DNA of 64,000 nucleotides from the human T2T-CHM13v2.0 reference genome, Homo sapiens: assembly GCF_009914755.1 (NCBI RefSeq), contig NC_060939.1; one strand, given 5' to 3'. Below, piece by piece: positions 54,143 through 64,000 of the stretch; positions within the stretch are counted from its first letter, which is position 1, and every line of letters starts with the position of its first letter. A program made the translations under genes and the position numbers. The notes under the pieces were generated by a model that was not told the DNA's origin, made no database searches, and saw only the letters and a list, made by a program, of their open reading frames with translations.

Positions 54143-56282
54143 GGTGGGATGTCTCTTCCTGCTGATCGGTGGCCTGCCTGTGTGCTGGCTTGGTTAGAGG
54201 AGTTTCGTGCTTCTCTTTATGGCGCTGCTCTTCCTCAGATGCTTGCGGGTGCCTGGGTGGATGCTGACTGTTCTGCTCGGGATTCCCCGTAGCTGTCTGT
54301 GAACACAGCATTTGTCACAATAGCCTGCGAAGAGGAGGGCCAGGGGACTGTAGCAGGCTGCCTTGGGGACATCCAGAGCATGGCTTCCGGGTGGTGGGCT
54401 CCATGTGCCTCCTGGGAGTTGCCCAGCACACTTTCTCTTTAGCCCACATCGAGTGTAGACCCATCAGTCCCAGGCTGCCTGGCACAAGCTGGAGAGGGGC
54501 CAGATCCACAGGAGTCTGCCCACTATGGCTCCCCACTCCTCCCAGTCGCCCTGCTGGTGACCTGGGGACCCTCTTGCTTCCCATGTCCCCCAGCAGCCTC
54601 GGAGCTCTCCCAAGCCTTCTCCACCTCACGCACAGTGGATTCCGGTCTTCTCAGGTCACTTCTTTTCCCATGCTAATAAGGCTTGTTGATATTTGTAATA
54701 ATTTCTAAGGATTTGGAGCAGGAGGTGGTGGCTGCAGCCGGGCTCAGCCTACTGTCTTGATCTCATCTTCCAGCGTCTCCTGGGCATCTCCAAGGTGTGC
54801 ACTTGCAGGAAATACTGAGTGAGAATGTCAAGAACCGGCTCTACAGTCGGAAGGAACCGGGTTCAAATCCTGATGCTTCCACAGCTAGTCCTATCTGTGA
54901 CAGGGGCAGGGTTAGAATCTGTTTGCGGAATGGTTAGCACCATACTAAGTGCACATGCTAGGCAGACCCTCAAAAAAAATGGCCTGTTCTTTTTCTCTTT
55001 CTCTGTTGGGCAAATTATGTAGCCTCAACTGGACTCTATTTCTATTAGGGAAAATGATAATAATATTACAATGATTAAAAAGTAGGGTCCTTACAAAATG
55101 GTGAGTCCGATTTTATTTGGCTCTAAGCTAGAGAAGGCATGGCTCACAGTTATGGAAGACATGGATTTAAAATGTGGCCAGTCTTCATTTCCAAATGTGT
55201 GTACACGAAAGTGTGATGACCCTCAAATCTAATCATCAAAATTAAAGCTGTTTAATTAACATTTTAAATTAAAATGTTTCAATTAAAGTCCAAATCTTTC
55301 CTTGCCTTATCTTCAGAATGCTTTTTCTTTTCTTTTTTTTCCAAATTACAAAACCTGTATGTCTCACTGAAGAAAACTGGTACAGTGTGAAGTTCGACAA
55401 TTCACGGAGTAAGCAAGGCTGACGATGGGTGCCGGGAGTCCCCCTCTGGTTCTGTTGGTAGCAGCCTTGGGTCCTCATGAGGCCTCTCTGCTCACAGTGG
55501 GCGGGTGGGGTGTGCACTCACCCGGAGACGGCCTCCATGTCCATGCTGAACAACTCCCAGGGTTCTCCATCCGCCAGTGCTTACTGATCAACCCGTAGTG
55601 CTGGCCATCCCTTTTCAACAAGTTTGGAAGGTGCTTTTTTCCCGGTTTTCACAGAGTAACTCAGAAGTGACTTAATAAAAATATGCACAAACTGTCTTGG
55701 TATGTTCCAAATTGGGATCTTATATAAAGACTCCTGGGCCTAAGGCAACAGTCTATGTAAAGTGAATTATTTCACTTTCTTAAAATAGGGACAAGATGGC
55801 CTGCCTTTCCTTCAAGTGTAATTTTAATCTTTCTGTTTTACTCCAAGGGGGTGTAACAGCTTGCTGAGTCATTGTTTTCTGCCTTTTTAATAAAAATTAA
55901 TTCAGTGATTTAGAGTGGAAATTCTGCCCCCTCCCTTGGGCAAGTCACTGACTCTCTGGGGACCTCTTTCTTTATCTGTAAGCAGAGCTAATACTAGCAT
56001 CTGATGGGGTTAAATGAATTAACCTAAGTGTTTCCTTTGAATATTTACTCACTGCCTTTACAAAATAATGTTTCTATTCTCACTTTCTCCCCCAAATTTC
56101 TACAAAACAACAAATTTCTATCTTTGTTGTTATTGCCATATGATTTCTAAAAATTTAAATAAACAAGCAGTAGCTTTAGGAAGTTACAAAGATAAACTAT
56201 CAGAAACTTACTGAATTGGATCTTAGATAATGTCCCTTTTTACTTGGTTCTTTTTTTTTTTTTAAGCTAAAAATAAGTTTAG

Positions 56283-56615
<333 letters not shown>

Positions 56616-58073
56616 TGATCCCTTATCTTAAATGTTCAGCCTCCAGCCATTCATAATGAATGCCTTGAACACAGGTCAGAGAAAAATCATGAAGGGGGGC
56701 TGTTAGTGAGGTTTGGGTGGGCATGGGGCCTCACAGTGGGGCCCAGACATTCTCAGAGTGTTTCAGTTGCTGAGGAATCATGGAGCTTCTTGCTTTAATA
56801 TCAGGATATTGCTCATGAAAAAAAGGAGGAGACCTATTGTTGTTCAGCCAGAGCTTGTACTAAATGGAAGTAGTTTGCACCATACACAAGCAGGCTTCTC
56901 CATCCAGGAAAAAGATCTGTGACTGCAACAACCACAGCGCAGCATTGATCTAACTCAGCTATGCACCAAAAACCCAGCTGCAGAGCAGTGCAGCACCCAG
57001 GAAATGTTAACTCTCGCTGCAGACTGAGGATCTTCTCAGAGTTTGTATCTTAGGTCGAAGGGGTGGGGTAGGCAAGCTTTCACTTCTGTTCAGCATTATC
57101 TTTTACAAGGATGGGTTTGTGGCATTTGCTTTAACCTTTCGGAGGCTACACTGTAATCACTCACTGGGTTCACCTCAAATCCTCACATGATAGACACCAG
57201 CCTACAATTCTACCAGCTACGGAGGACTCCTGATCTTGGCTTTTTTGCTTCTATTTTGTGTGCTTGCTTTTGTGTTTGGAAGGCAGATGGCAGTCCTAGT
57301 ATTGAGACAAATCAGCTGGAGTCAATTTCTGTTGTTTGAACTTGAGGGTATATATCTCAGCCTGGAAGACATGCAGAGGAAAAGGAAGAAAACATGACCT
57401 CATATTTGTTCCCTTGCCAATATGTTAAAACTTTAGTTGTTTGAAAATGTCATACGGTCTTATGGTTCAAAAATCATAAGTATCGATCTACAATCCTGAG
57501 ATTCTTACATCCTTCCAGAATCTTTTTTATAAGTAAAGAAGCAAAACAAAGATAGAGTCTGATTTTTCCCCTCTTTTACACAAAATGTAGCTGATCGCAG
57601 ATGCTGTTCTGTGCCTTGCCTGTTTCTTTCACACATTAAGGGTGTCATTGGCCTCCTTTTAGTCAACTGCATAGTGTTCTGTGACATGGATGCAACTCAG
57701 TTATACAGGCGGTCTCCTCTTCACGGGCATTTGGGCGATTCCTAACATGTGCTGTAACAAATAATGCCAGATGTCTGTTCCCATGTATAGAAGCTCATCT
57801 ATACAACACATTCCCAAAGTGATGGGTCACGGGGCATATATGCTTCGAAAAATCTGACAGATGTTGCTAAGCAGCCCTTCAGGAGAGTTTTTCCTGTTTA
57901 TGCCCCAATCCCTGAAAACATGTGTGCGTGTCTGTTTCCCAGTGGCTGACAAGTATTTATTACCAAATGTTTGCTTTTTCCTAATGTGATATGTGAAAAA
58001 TGGTACCTCAGCCTAGTTAGAATATGCACTTCTCTTACGATGAGTGTGACCAAGCATGTTTTAGCATGCGTAA

Positions 58074-58455
<382 letters not shown>

Positions 58456-58559
58456 TGAGGAACTCTGATTTTCCTTATCAATTTCTAGGCGCTGTTAGTG
58501 TCGGCACGGTATCTATTCGTTGTTAACCTATAATTAGATGCTCTATCAAGATCTATCTA

Positions 58560-60490
<1,931 letters not shown>

Positions 60491-61249
60491 AAGTAGAGGA
60501 GGAGAAATGAATATTTATGTGAGATCCAGGGAAACGTGAGCTGCTCCATGACCTTTGTCTGCACAGTGATGTATTCAAAGGAAACTCCAGCCTGGAATCT
60601 TAAAATCAACAAGCAGCTGAAGTCTTTAAGACAGTTGCTTGACAAGGCATCCACGGGGAATTCCACTGAAAGCACACAGACACACTGCTGAACTCCTTTG
60701 CCCAGCTCTTCCCAAAAAGCTCACAAAATACAGTCTCTGTCATCAATCTTAAACCTCGTTCTCTCAAGAAAGCTCCCAGGTGCTACCCCCAAAGCCAGCT
60801 TGTCTTGTTATGCATGTAGGTTTCTGTTTCTGAGTCTGTCTTCCTCCACATCTGCCCTTTCCAATGCAGACACCTCAGCCCCTCGGCACCCCTTCCCTGC
60901 CTGCCCAGCACCAGGAAGGTGCACTTGGACTTCCTTAGGGTAAAGGAGGAGGCAGAGGCGGCCAGATGGGACACCTCCTCATGGGTTTCGTCCCCGCCGT
61001 TTGAATGTGACTTACGAATGCACGGAGGTCATGAAAGGGATGTAGTTTTGCTAAGTATTGGTAAATTCCCCTCCCTGTGGGTTGTACCATTTTGCATTCT
61101 CTCCACCAATTAAAGAGCATGTTTGTTTCCTCATATTAACCCTTTGTCTATACGTTGCAAATTTTTTTTTCTAAGTCGCCATTTGTCTTTTTACCTTGTT
61201 TCTGTGTTTTGAGATGTGGAGTTGGAGTTTTTATCCTTATATGTTTAAA

Positions 61250-64000
<2,751 letters not shown>

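Noticed and set aside
53645-54197. Poly-(Cys-Val) ORFs
   Set aside because: Translation of the TG microsatellite

Overview
This is human (primate) genomic DNA, recognisable as the ALDH1A3-LRRK1 locus (chr15q26.3, from memory). The + strand carries exons 3-13 of ALDH1A3 (retinaldehyde dehydrogenase 3): the spliced frame is intact from Pro69 to the stop at 27308-27310, every intron is GT-AG, and a ~1.85-kb 3'UTR ends after AATAAA at 29141. About 2.7 kb downstream on the same strand, a CpG-island promoter drives LRRK1: non-coding exon 1 ends at 31988, exon 2 (37047-37265) holds the start codon, and a repeat-dense intron 2 runs off the window. The rest is Alu (15 copies), L1, MIR, MLT1, MER5, MER20 and MER53 sequence, three minisatellites and a ~500-bp TG/TC array. 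I see no new protein-coding system; nearly all ORFs in the track are repeat or GC artefacts. The items most worth checking are regulatory or structural: a 30-bp VNTR that seems to supply the exon-3 branch point, two overlapping uORFs ahead of a weak LRRK1 start, a MER53 hairpin 19/21 identical to miR-1302, a 92-bp templated duplication, an MRE/ZSCAN4-motif minisatellite, and possible ALDH1A3-LRRK1 read-through past a CTCF-like site. Repeat subfamily names are by eye and their boundaries are approximate.
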